This document shows, piece after piece, positions 8,714 to 16,885 of a DNA stretch of 64,000 bases. Positions within the stretch are counted from its first letter, which is position 1. Each line of letters starts with the position of its first letter. The translations under genes and the position numbers were made by a program. The DNA lies in NCBI GenBank assembly GCA_965250305.1, contig CBDFNS010000017.1:52836-116835 (forward strand). The letters are read 5' to 3'. Under the pieces are notes generated by a model. The model made no database searches, had not been told where the DNA came from, and saw only the letters and a program-made list of their open reading frames with translations. This stretch comes from Candidatus Multivoradales bacterium. GTDB taxonomy: Bacteria; Acidobacteriota; Thermoanaerobaculia; Multivoradales; J023.

Positions 8714-9973
8714 CTAGATACCGAATACGAAGATCAGCTGCGCGGTGCCCGCCAGCAAGCCGAGCACGGCGCCAGCCAGGATCAGCTTCATCTCGTCTTC
8801 TTGGAAGCAGGGCCGCAGCAGGTCCTGGAATTGATCGGCTGGCATGGTCTCCATGCGCTCTCGCATGACCTGTTCCACCACAACCGCGCGTTCCTCATTG
8901 AATGCAAGGTCCTCGAATGGATCCGCCGAGACGTGGATGGCCTTGTCGGCCACCGCTTGCTTGATACCCGCATAGCCGCGTGGTCCGACTGCGAGCTGGG
9001 CCATCGGGCGAACCAGGCCCAGCGCTTCGTCGACCACCGGGCGAATGCGCCTCCGAATCAAGGACCGGACACGTTCTGAGCGCGGACCATGGAGCAGTGC
9101 CTGGGTCAGATGTTTGACGGTGATCATCTCCCTCGTGACCAAATGGCACCAGGCGCCCGCGACTTCTTTCTGTCGCTTGAGAAAGAGCCCTTGAAGCGTC
9201 CAGGGGCCGATCTTTTTGGGAAACAACGGGCGGAAGATGATGTTGAGAGCCAACCAGTTGGTGGCCCAACCCACGATCAAACCGAACAGCGGCAGTACCC
9301 ACCACGCGGGCATGATGATCCACACCGCGAGCTGGACCAAGCCGAACAAGAATCCGAAGTAAAGACCGGAGTGGATGATGAAGCGGAACTCCGCGCTGCC
9401 GGCTTCGAGGAACAGCCGGTTGAGGAGTTGCTTGTCATTCTCGAGGTGACTGACGATCATGTGCTTGAAATCGAGCAAATCCTCGACGTTCTCACCGATC
9501 TCGCGCATCAAGCTTTCGACCAAGCCGGGCATCGCTTGGCGAACGCTGTCGTAGATCGGTTTCTTGACGATTTCCGGTAGGTTCTCCCACAACACGGCGT
9601 TGCCTTGGAGTGCGACCTCGTCGGTATAATCCTCGAGGCGTTTGTCCATGACCTGCGCAACGTGCGCGGCCATGCGCTCCGGATCCATTTGCTCGAAGAC
9701 CTCGGACAAGCGCCCCAGGCGCGACATGGTTGTGTCCACGAATGTCGTCGCCATCTTCGTCGCCTTGGATGGAATGATGCCCTGCCAGCCGAAGATCGGT
9801 CGCACGCCGATGAACTCGAGCGGCACGAAGGTCATTTTGATCGCGATCCAGTTGGTGAACCAGCCGACAATGCCGGCAATGAACGGAATCGAGACGTACT
9901 TCCAGAAGTCCGGGTGATCGAGGATGGCGTGGAAGTCAGGCATGGGAGGTTGGGTCGAGGAAAGGCCGATCAT
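8714..9973 (-). CDS. DUF445-family membrane protein
   Basis: GWFTNWIAIKMTF and GWATNWLALNIIFRP motifs are duplicated, as in DUF445 proteins. Confidence 0.65.
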   Translation of the reverse strand: MIGLSSTQPPMPDFHAILDHPDFWKYVSIPFIAGIVGWFTNWIAIKMTFVPLEFIGVRPIFGWQGIIPSKATKMATTFVDTTMSRLGRLSEVFEQMDPERMAAHVAQVMDKRLEDYTDEVALQGNAVLWENLPEIVKKPIYDSVRQAMPGLVESLMREIGENVEDLLDFKHMIVSHLENDKQLLNRLFLEAGSAEFRFIIHSGLYFGFLFGLVQLAVWIIMPAWWVLPLFGLIVGWATNWLALNIIFRPLFPKKIGPWTLQGLFLKRQKEVAGAWCHLVTREMITVKHLTQALLHGPRSERVRSLIRRRIRPVVDEALGLVRPMAQLAVGPRGYAGIKQAVADKAIHVSADPFEDLAFNEERAVVVEQVMRERMETMPADQFQDLLRPCFQEDEMKLILAGAVLGLLAGTAQLIFVFGI

Positions 9974-9999
9974 GCCATGCCGGGAGGCATAGCGCGCGT

Positions 10000-10536
10000 T
10001 CAGTCGTCGACCCGATCAAGCGCGGCGAGGATCGCGTCCGAATCGGCATGGTCGCCGCCTTCTTGGCTCACATGGGCAAAGACAATGCGGCCATCGGCCG
10101 CCGCGACGAAGGTCGCACCCTGTTGCCACGGATCACCTCGCACCGGCCCTTGGCGGAATCCGGCCTTCATCGACCGTGCCGCGTTCTTCACCACCCGTAG
10201 GTTGAAGGTGGCGCCGAGGCCCCGGTGAAGACCAGCCGCGCGGTAGGCCCGCAGCTTGGGGTCGACGAACAGGGGGAAGTCGAGCTGGCGTTCGTCGTAG
10301 AAGGCACGGGCCTGTCGTGGGTTGCCGTTGCCGATGACCAGGAGATCGGCCCCACGATCGCGAATGGAGGAGACGGTGTCACGCAACTGCGCGACGTGCT
10401 CGCGGCAGAACATTCACCCAAAATGGCGAATGAACACCAGCACGGTTGGCCGTCCATCGAGCAGGTGGCCCAGTTGGACCGCCTGGCCGTCGACATCGAG
10501 CACTTCGAGGTGAGTGAGCGTTGTCGTATGGTCCAT
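10000..10536 (-). CDS. peroxiredoxin-like 2 (AhpC/TSA_2, SelU-type) protein with in-frame TGA read as selenocysteine at codon 41
   Basis: ATG at 10536 has GGAGA 6 nt upstream, followed by 40 sense codons and then TGA (10416-10414). The frame continues into the listed 10000-10413 ORF. The junction reads TVLVFIRHFG-U-MFCREHVAQL. Confidence 0.7.
10387..10408 (-). promoter_or_regulatory. candidate bacterial SECIS hairpin
   Basis: The RNA CUGC-C-GCGA[GCACG]UCGC-GCAG forms 8 bp with one bulge and a 5-nt loop starting with G. It begins 5 nt after the UGA. Confidence 0.45.
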
Positions 10537-10586
10537 TGAATTCTCCGGGAAAGTGTCGAAAGGCCGTGGGTGCTGCCTGCGCCGAC

Positions 10587-10660
10587 GAAAATCGATCAGG
10601 CATTCCGATTGAAACCGATCAGTGAATCCAACGGAAAGCGATCAGCAAATCCGATCGAAA
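10587..10660. repeat. three and a half tandem 23-24-bp repeats, each carrying CGATCAG
   Basis: The units are gaaaatcgatcaggcattccgatt, gaaaccgatcagtgaatccaacg, gaaagcgatcagcaaatccgatc and a partial gaaagcgg. CGATCAG occurs at 10593, 10616 and 10639. Confidence 0.8.
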
Positions 10661-10843
10661 GCGGCCACATGTGGGATTGGACCGGAATCACTGCTGTCCC
10701 GCTAACTGATCAGAGAAATAGGCTCAGATTCTCTCAGTCTTGATAGAATCCTGGAAGGGGCGGGAAGAAGGAACCGCGCGAGATAGAACATGGTCGCGCT
10801 TCGATGCCCATTTCCTCGGTTTTGACGCCGGTCCGGCACCGGC

Positions 10844-12079
10844 TTAGCGTTCTTCGCTGGGAGCGCTCGTAGCCTCGAAAAGCCCCAACTGGTTGTGCTT
10901 GTGGGCGCCGCGCTTTAAGGGCGCCACCGTGTCGAGACGCAGGCGATGACCGGCTCCGGGGCCCGGTTCGACATTGGCGGGCGCGACCGTTGCGGTGCCG
11001 CCGCGGGCGGCGACTGCCAACAACGTGTCGCGTTCGGGGCGGAGGGCGTCGAGCAACTCGGGACTGTGGGTGGCGATGAACAACTGAGTGTTCTGAGCAG
11101 CTTTTCCGAAGGCTTGGACCAAGGCTGCAAGGGCGCTTGGATGAAGGCCGTGTTCGGGTGTTTCGAGGCCAACGAGACTCACCGCACCCTGGCGTCGGGC
11201 ATCTTGGAAGGCGGCGGTCAGGGTTGCCATCGTCGCCAAGGTTCCGTCCGCCATGTCGGCGGAATGGAGTTTCCACGGGTACCGTGACCCGGCCATTTTT
11301 TGGCGGAATTGGAGGGTCTCGCGTGGGCCAGCCGTGACCCGATCGACTCCGATGGCGCCGGGGACGATGGCGCCAAGGTAGTGGGTGATCAGGTCGAGGG
11401 TCTCGGGATCCTCGCCCTTGAGACGACCGATTACGCTGGGCAAGTTGGCGCCGTTGAGATCGAGTGCCGCACCGCCCGTGGGGACGGAGAGGGAGCGAAG
11501 GGCCGACCGTTCGAAGCGATAAATGCGCATGCTTGCCAGCGTGTCGTAGAGCTCACGAAACGGCTCGAAGGCAGCGGCGCGGGTGAGGTACAGGTGCTCA
11601 CGTTCGGCCGGTGGTGCGGTCGCCAGCGACGTTCGAAGCACAGTGTCTTCGCTGCGGTGGAAGGAACCGAGGATGGTGTTGCCGTCATCACGCACGGTGG
11701 CGCGTTCGGCCACGACCGTCCACGTGCCACTGGGTTGGGTCACCATCTGAAAGCCGTAGTGCGCGAGACACCAACTCGGAAGTCGAAGCTCCATGGCGAA
11801 ACGAATCGTCCGGGGGTGACCCGTGCTACGCCGGCGCACCGCGTCGATGCCGCCTCGGTTGCGTACGGCGGCGCCGAGCGATCCACGGACGGCGTCGGCT
11901 ACGAAGGCGATGGCATCGAGCAGATTGCTCTTGCCAGCACCGTTTCGTCCAACCACCACGGACAACGGCGTCAAGCCAACGTCACAGCGGCCAATGTTGC
12001 GAAAGTTGCGGATCACAAGCCGCCGCAGGGACGGGCCAACCCAACGCCAGTGTTCTTTACTTTGCGGGTCAGCGTGCAT
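10844..12079 (-). CDS. ABC/SMC-like AAA ATPase (AAA_15/AAA_21, COG4637-like), paralog B
   Basis: Walker A is VVGRNGAGKSNLLDA, a signature-like MADGTL is present, and Walker B/D-loop is LVGLETPEHGLHP...ATHSPELL. It is about 50-60% identical to the 12377-13627 product. The start was set at MHADPQ (12079) by alignment with that paralog. Confidence 0.75.
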   Translation of the reverse strand: MHADPQSKEHWRWVGPSLRRLVIRNFRNIGRCDVGLTPLSVVVGRNGAGKSNLLDAIAFVADAVRGSLGAAVRNRGGIDAVRRRSTGHPRTIRFAMELRLPSWCLAHYGFQMVTQPSGTWTVVAERATVRDDGNTILGSFHRSEDTVLRTSLATAPPAEREHLYLTRAAAFEPFRELYDTLASMRIYRFERSALRSLSVPTGGAALDLNGANLPSVIGRLKGEDPETLDLITHYLGAIVPGAIGVDRVTAGPRETLQFRQKMAGSRYPWKLHSADMADGTLATMATLTAAFQDARRQGAVSLVGLETPEHGLHPSALAALVQAFGKAAQNTQLFIATHSPELLDALRPERDTLLAVAARGGTATVAPANVEPGPGAGHRLRLDTVAPLKRGAHKHNQLGLFEATSAPSEER

Positions 12080-12239
12080 GGTGACGCGGGTCCAGGAAGG
12101 GGATCGGAATGAGGAGAGTAGCACGATGGCACGTTCGCAGTTGCGCCGAAGGTGCAGCTAGACGTTTTCGGAGCGTTTGAGGCTGGTTGGGTCGTTGTGA
12201 GTGGTAGAAAGGTGCTCGCGAAGTTTTCGACACAAGCGA

Positions 12240-12377
12240 TCAAATGACGGGCCGGATCGGTCGAAGAACCTGCGGATAGTCGCGTAACTCCAGATGTTCG
12301 GTTATCCGGGTAAGAAGCGTCCGGACAGCGTACGCCTCGCCATGTCCCTCGACAATTGGAGCGATCCAGTAAGGCAT
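12240..12377 (-). pseudogene. 45-codon remnant of a DUF4276/Toprim-like partner gene
   Basis: MPYWIAPIVEGHGEAYAVRTLLTRI matches the VEGxxExxxVxxLL N-terminus I recall for DUF4276. The ATG shares its A with the TGA of the upstream ATPase (TGATG). A stop follows after 45 codons, whereas full-length family members are about 200 aa. Confidence 0.5.
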
Positions 12378-13627
12378 CAGTGAAGTGCCTCGGAACTCCC
12401 AAAGAGCTGCATCTGTTCCTGACGCTCGATATCGAACTCATCGATCTCGAGTTGATCCATTCGGAGAAGGTCGCCAGGGGAGTAGAGATGTTCCGCGATG
12501 GCTTGGCGGCTTGCTTCATCCGCCGGTGCAAGGCTGGTCTTGCCGTCTTCGGAAACGACAACGAACAAGCCCTCCGAACCGCTGTCGACATCGATGGCGT
12601 CCAAGAGATCTGGGCTGTGGCTGGTCACGATGACTTGCGTATGGGGAGTGGCCTCGCGGAGGGCATCCATCAGCGCGGCACTGGCTGCCGGATGGAGTGC
12701 GGTTTCGGGTTCCTCGATTCCGACGAGTCCAGCATACCGGTTGGTTGCTAACAACTGAGAAATGGCGATGAGAGATCCCAAAGCCCGCAGCGTTCCATCG
12801 GACATGTACTGAGCGAAGATTCGCCAAGGATGTTTGGCTCCGGTCACCCGCTGCCGAAACTCGAGCGTCTCGCGAGGGCCAAGCGAGACCCGCCTGACGC
12901 TGGTAATTCCCGGTACGATGACTTTCAAGAACTGTTTGATGCGATCGAAAGCGTGCGATTCTTCCTGTTCGAGTCGAGCGATGACGCTTGCGATATTGCT
13001 GCCGTCCCGCGCCAGAAGATCGCCAGCATCTGGGCTTTGCAATTCCTTTATGGCCTCGGGATTCAGATTGTAAAATCCCATCGATGCCAGGGCCTCGAAC
13101 GACTCCTTGAATTCTTGAAAACCGCTGGCTACTACAAGGTACAACCGGTCGTGAACCGGCTCCGGCGGATTGGTCAGGCTCGAGTCCAACACATTGTCCC
13201 GCCTGAGGAAATAGGACGCCGTCCGATTGTCCGGCGCGCGGAGTCGGAGTTCCTCGTGTTTGACGACAAATCCTCCCCTTCCTTTGGCAGCGATTTCGAA
13301 TCCATAGGATACTTGCCAGAGCGAAGGCAGAGTAAGCTCGAGCTTGATCGCAAAGTTGCGGGGATGTCCAGTGCTTCTGCGGCGAACGGCGTCAAGGCCA
13401 CCGCGTGTCTTTATCGCATGGTCGAGTGTGGTTTGAAGGCTATCGCTTACAAATCGGAGAGCGTCGAGGAAGTTGCTCTTTCCGGCTCCGTTTCGGCCTA
13501 CGAGAAATGTCAATGGAAAGAGCGTGATGTCACATTGGCCGATACTCTTGCAGTTCTTTATCCGAACACGGCGAAGAAAGGGTTGTGGTGTCTGGGAGTT
13601 TGTTTCGTGTCGCGAGAGGGTAGGCAT
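12377..13627 (-). CDS. ABC/SMC-like AAA ATPase (AAA_15/AAA_21, COG4637-like), paralog A
   Basis: Walker A is LVGRNGAGKSNFLDA, the signature is MSDGTLRAL, and Walker B/D-loop is LVGIEEPETALHP...VTSHSPDLL. The gene is visibly more AT-rich than paralog B. Confidence 0.8.
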   Translation of the reverse strand: MPTLSRHETNSQTPQPFLRRVRIKNCKSIGQCDITLFPLTFLVGRNGAGKSNFLDALRFVSDSLQTTLDHAIKTRGGLDAVRRRSTGHPRNFAIKLELTLPSLWQVSYGFEIAAKGRGGFVVKHEELRLRAPDNRTASYFLRRDNVLDSSLTNPPEPVHDRLYLVVASGFQEFKESFEALASMGFYNLNPEAIKELQSPDAGDLLARDGSNIASVIARLEQEESHAFDRIKQFLKVIVPGITSVRRVSLGPRETLEFRQRVTGAKHPWRIFAQYMSDGTLRALGSLIAISQLLATNRYAGLVGIEEPETALHPAASAALMDALREATPHTQVIVTSHSPDLLDAIDVDSGSEGLFVVVSEDGKTSLAPADEASRQAIAEHLYSPGDLLRMDQLEIDEFDIERQEQMQLFGSSEALH

Positions 13628-13744
13628 GGTCGAGTTTTGACTGGTGTGTTCTTCCAGGCGAGAGTATCATGGACCGTTCTAAGAGCCCGCTGCAACCACG
13701 TGGGCCCGGCTCCCTCGAGCCTCGAATCACAGGAGTCCTACGAG

Positions 13745-14836
13745 ATGAGTTCTCCCCAACGCATTCTCAATTTTTCCGCCGGGCCTGCAATGCTACCGGA
13801 ACCTGTGCTCGAAGAAGCGCGCAGCGACCTCTGGAGCTTGGGTGAAACCGGTGTCGGTATCCTCGAGCATAGCCACCGCGGTGGCGCGTTCACGCAGGTT
13901 ATCGACGAGGCTGAAGCCGATTGCCGCAGCTTGGCGGGCCTCGACGACGACTACGCGGTGCTGTTTCTGCAAGGCGGTGCGACGCTTCAGTTTGCCCAGG
14001 TGCCGATGAGCTTTCTGGGTGACGGTGCGAAAGCAGACTACTTGAACACGGGGGTATGGACGAAGAAGGCGATCGCCAATGCCGGGCTCTTTGGCGATAT
14101 TCACCTCGCCTTCGATGGTGCGGCGAGCGCTTTCGACCATGTCCCGTCCGCGTCGGAGCTGGATGGGCGAGCGGATGCGACCTACACCTGGTACTGCTCG
14201 AACAACACCATCGCCGGAACGCAGTACGCGCAGCCGCCTGCCGTCTCGACGCCTTTGGTTTGCGATGCCAGCTCGGACATCTTCTCGCGGCCGTTGCCGC
14301 TCACCAACCACGCGATGGTGATCGCGGGCGCCCAGAAGAATCTCGGGGGTGCCGGCTGCACGCTGGTGATCTCCCGTCGGGATTTCTTGGACCGAGTTCG
14401 TGACGGATTGCCACCCATGCTCGACTATCGTCAGCATGCAGCCAAGGGTTCATGCCTCAACACACCGCCCACCTTTGCGATCTATGTCATGGGGCGGGTG
14501 TTCAAATGGCTGAAGGGCCAGGGTGGCCTCGAGGCGATGGCCCGCATCAATACTGCCAAGGCGGCGGCGATCTACGATGCGATCGACACCAGTGGCGGTT
14601 TCTACCGTGCGGTGGCCCGGCCCGGCTCGCGCTCGCAGATGAACATCACGTTCCGAACGCCAAATAATGAGTTGGACAAGACCTTCATTGCCGAGGCGTT
14701 GGTACAAGGGATGTCGGGGCTGAAGGGCCACCGGAGTGTCGGCGGTTTGCGGGCTTCGATCTACAACGCGTTTCCGGCATCGGGTTGCGCGACCTTGGCC
14801 TCGTTGATGGGCGACTTCGCGTCGCGCAACGGCTGA
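13745..14836 (+). CDS. serC: phosphoserine aminotransferase
   Basis: MSSPQRILNFSAGPAMLPEPVLEEA... and the C-terminal GGLRASIYNA are characteristic of SerC. AGGAG lies upstream of the ATG at 13745. The longer listed ORF start (12830) overlaps the ATPase antisense. Confidence 0.9.
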   Translation: MSSPQRILNFSAGPAMLPEPVLEEARSDLWSLGETGVGILEHSHRGGAFTQVIDEAEADCRSLAGLDDDYAVLFLQGGATLQFAQVPMSFLGDGAKADYLNTGVWTKKAIANAGLFGDIHLAFDGAASAFDHVPSASELDGRADATYTWYCSNNTIAGTQYAQPPAVSTPLVCDASSDIFSRPLPLTNHAMVIAGAQKNLGGAGCTLVISRRDFLDRVRDGLPPMLDYRQHAAKGSCLNTPPTFAIYVMGRVFKWLKGQGGLEAMARINTAKAAAIYDAIDTSGGFYRAVARPGSRSQMNITFRTPNNELDKTFIAEALVQGMSGLKGHRSVGGLRASIYNAFPASGCATLASLMGDFASRNG

Positions 14837-14925
14837 GCTGAAGCGTCAACTCAACCGGGACGCTTTCGGTGTTCGATTGGGGCGGTTCGCGCGCCCACCC
14901 CAGACAACTGGGGCGGGCGGAACCG

Positions 14926-16632
14926 CTACTCTTGGTCCATTCGAGAGGGCGGGATGGGGTCGGCGTCAGGCTGGCCAATACCGAGGATTCGTACACTAGT
15001 GGTTTGAACAGCTTCGCCGCCTTCGGCGGAAATCTGAAACTCCACCATGCCGCCGCTACTGGGGGTGTAGATGGCGTTGACGGCGCCACTCTCGTCGGTG
15101 GTGAGCGAAACCGTACGACCATCTTCGCTGATCATGCCGTAGGGATTTTCGAAAGCTCCGGCCGCGCCGGTTGCGGTCACTTCGACCTCGCGCAAGGGCA
15201 GGAGGTCTCCGAAGGCATTGCGTGCCTCGATTATCAGCTTCCCTGGCTGGCCAACAATGTAGTTTTGGCAGGGGCCAACGACCTTCACCGTGGCCACGGT
15301 CAGGTCGCCGACGAAGCCATCGACGTAGTCGGTGTGGGTGTCGTCGAAGGTGATCGAGTCGATCATCACGGCGGGATCGGTCGTGATGTCGAGGCCGCTG
15401 ATCCGGTAGGCCGTGGTGCGACCGGCGGCGTGGGTCAGGCCCGAGCGGAACTTCTTGACGATCTTTTTGCCATTCTTGGTCCAGATCTCGACTTCGATAC
15501 GCTCGAGGAGTGTTCCAGGGCTCGGTACCCAGTCGATCTGGACTCGATCGATGTCATCGAGATCGATGTCGGGGATGGTGCGAATGACTTCGGTCTCGGT
15601 ACCGTCACTCTTCTTTTCGACCGCTTTCACCCGTACCGAGTTGATCTGGTACATCTGAACGTCGAAGGAGTCGCCGCCTTCGAATTCGAGCAGGAAGCCA
15701 ATACCGTTACCGACGTTGAACGGTGCCAGGTCCATGCCCTCGAGCACCAGACAAGAGGGGTGGGCCATACCCGTGGTACTGATCTCGAGCCCATCGCCAG
15801 GCTCGACGATGTTGAAATACAGTGAGCCATTGCTCAACGCGAGCGGGTCGGTGCCCGGCAAGGCCGAATAGCGATCTTCGATGATGCCGTCTTCGAAGGT
15901 TTCCACGACGCTGGTACCGGTGTCAGCCACCTGGCCGAGCGCTGTGTCATCGTGCATGATCGGATCTTCGATCAAGTACGGATAGTCGTGGAAAAAGGCG
16001 TCAGTGTTTCCGGCGGGCACCTCCCTGCGGTCCACCAATTCTCCACCACGATAGACCTCGAGTAGACCTTCGCTCTGGGCGGCGGAACTCAACGTGCTCC
16101 CTGTACCCTCCGTGCTCTCGGTGGGGGTCCAGGTGTAGCAATTCATGTCGCAGCCGCTGTCGAGGAGTAGCTGGCGCACGCGGTCAGCCTGCTGCTGGGC
16201 GGTCTCGCCACGACGCCGTTGGGTATCTCGCCACGTCACGCCACACATGACTTTGTCCCAGTTGTACCAAATGACTTTGTCCCAGCCATCGGTGCCTGGG
16301 AATGGGATGGGTTGGTTGTGGCCACCGTCGAATACGCACTTGGCAAAGCACGTGGTCTTGTCGTCGCACTTCACCTCGATTTTGAAGAAGGCGCCATCGA
16401 CGCAGTACCACTCGAGGGTTTTGGATGGATCGTTGGGATCTTTGGTCCGATGCTTCCAGACTTTTCCCAGGCCGTCACTGTGGCCGCAGGTGATCTGTGA
16501 CCAGGCGGGGTTGGCCAGAGCAAAGGCAAGCACCACGATGAACACAAGAGGGCGGATAAGAGACCTGCTTTCGAAAGGCATGGTGTGGGCGTGGTGATCA
16601 CGGGTTTGATTGGTGGATTTGCGGGTCTTCAT
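14926..16632 (-). CDS. secreted Cys-rich protein with a C-terminal Ig-like (Big-type) domain
   Basis: AAGGAGA lies upstream of the ATG at 16632. The signal peptide is LIRPLVFIVVLAFALANPAWSQ. The C-terminal EVEVTATGAAGAF...AVNAIYTPSSGG resembles a bacterial Ig-like fold. Confidence 0.6.
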   Translation of the reverse strand: MKTRKSTNQTRDHHAHTMPFESRSLIRPLVFIVVLAFALANPAWSQITCGHSDGLGKVWKHRTKDPNDPSKTLEWYCVDGAFFKIEVKCDDKTTCFAKCVFDGGHNQPIPFPGTDGWDKVIWYNWDKVMCGVTWRDTQRRRGETAQQQADRVRQLLLDSGCDMNCYTWTPTESTEGTGSTLSSAAQSEGLLEVYRGGELVDRREVPAGNTDAFFHDYPYLIEDPIMHDDTALGQVADTGTSVVETFEDGIIEDRYSALPGTDPLALSNGSLYFNIVEPGDGLEISTTGMAHPSCLVLEGMDLAPFNVGNGIGFLLEFEGGDSFDVQMYQINSVRVKAVEKKSDGTETEVIRTIPDIDLDDIDRVQIDWVPSPGTLLERIEVEIWTKNGKKIVKKFRSGLTHAAGRTTAYRISGLDITTDPAVMIDSITFDDTHTDYVDGFVGDLTVATVKVVGPCQNYIVGQPGKLIIEARNAFGDLLPLREVEVTATGAAGAFENPYGMISEDGRTVSLTTDESGAVNAIYTPSSGGMVEFQISAEGGEAVQTTSVRILGIGQPDADPIPPSRMDQE

Positions 16633-16885
16633 CGAAGTCTCCTTGTGTGGCGCCGAGTTGGCAACCGGTGTCTCGAGAGAAGGGGCCCGAAAGCGAATCC
16701 GGTGGGCCATGTCGACTGCATCCTGCGTTTATTCGTCCGTCGGTCAACTCGGGCACCTTGTCGCGGCGTCACCCCTTTGTCTGCCGGCTGTGCTCGAGTG
16801 CTTGTCTATCTTGGTATAAGTCAAGACGCACTTGCAAAAAAATCGCTCATTTGATGGTTCCATGGTGGGATAGGCTCCGGCCCCG

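Noticed and set aside
10734-10822. A short ORF (MGIEARPCSISRGSFFPPLPGFYQD, with GAGGA upstream) just after ATPase paralog B, considered as a second Toprim/DUF4276 remnant.
   Set aside because: It has no VEGxxE-type motif or any other similarity to the 12240-12377 stub. It is only 25 codons long, which is too weak to report.
13636-13669. A TTGACT ... TATCAT pair in the ATPase/serC divergent spacer, considered as a sigma-70 promoter.
   Set aside because: The spacer between the hexamers is 22 nt, which is too long for a canonical promoter, so it is not reported as a feature.
12830-13744. A 305-codon N-terminal extension of the serC ORF (listed as 12830-14836, 668 aa).
   Set aside because: The extension is antisense to the well-supported ATPase gene and has no SerC similarity. 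A canonical AGGAG plus ATG lies at 13745, where the SerC homology begins.
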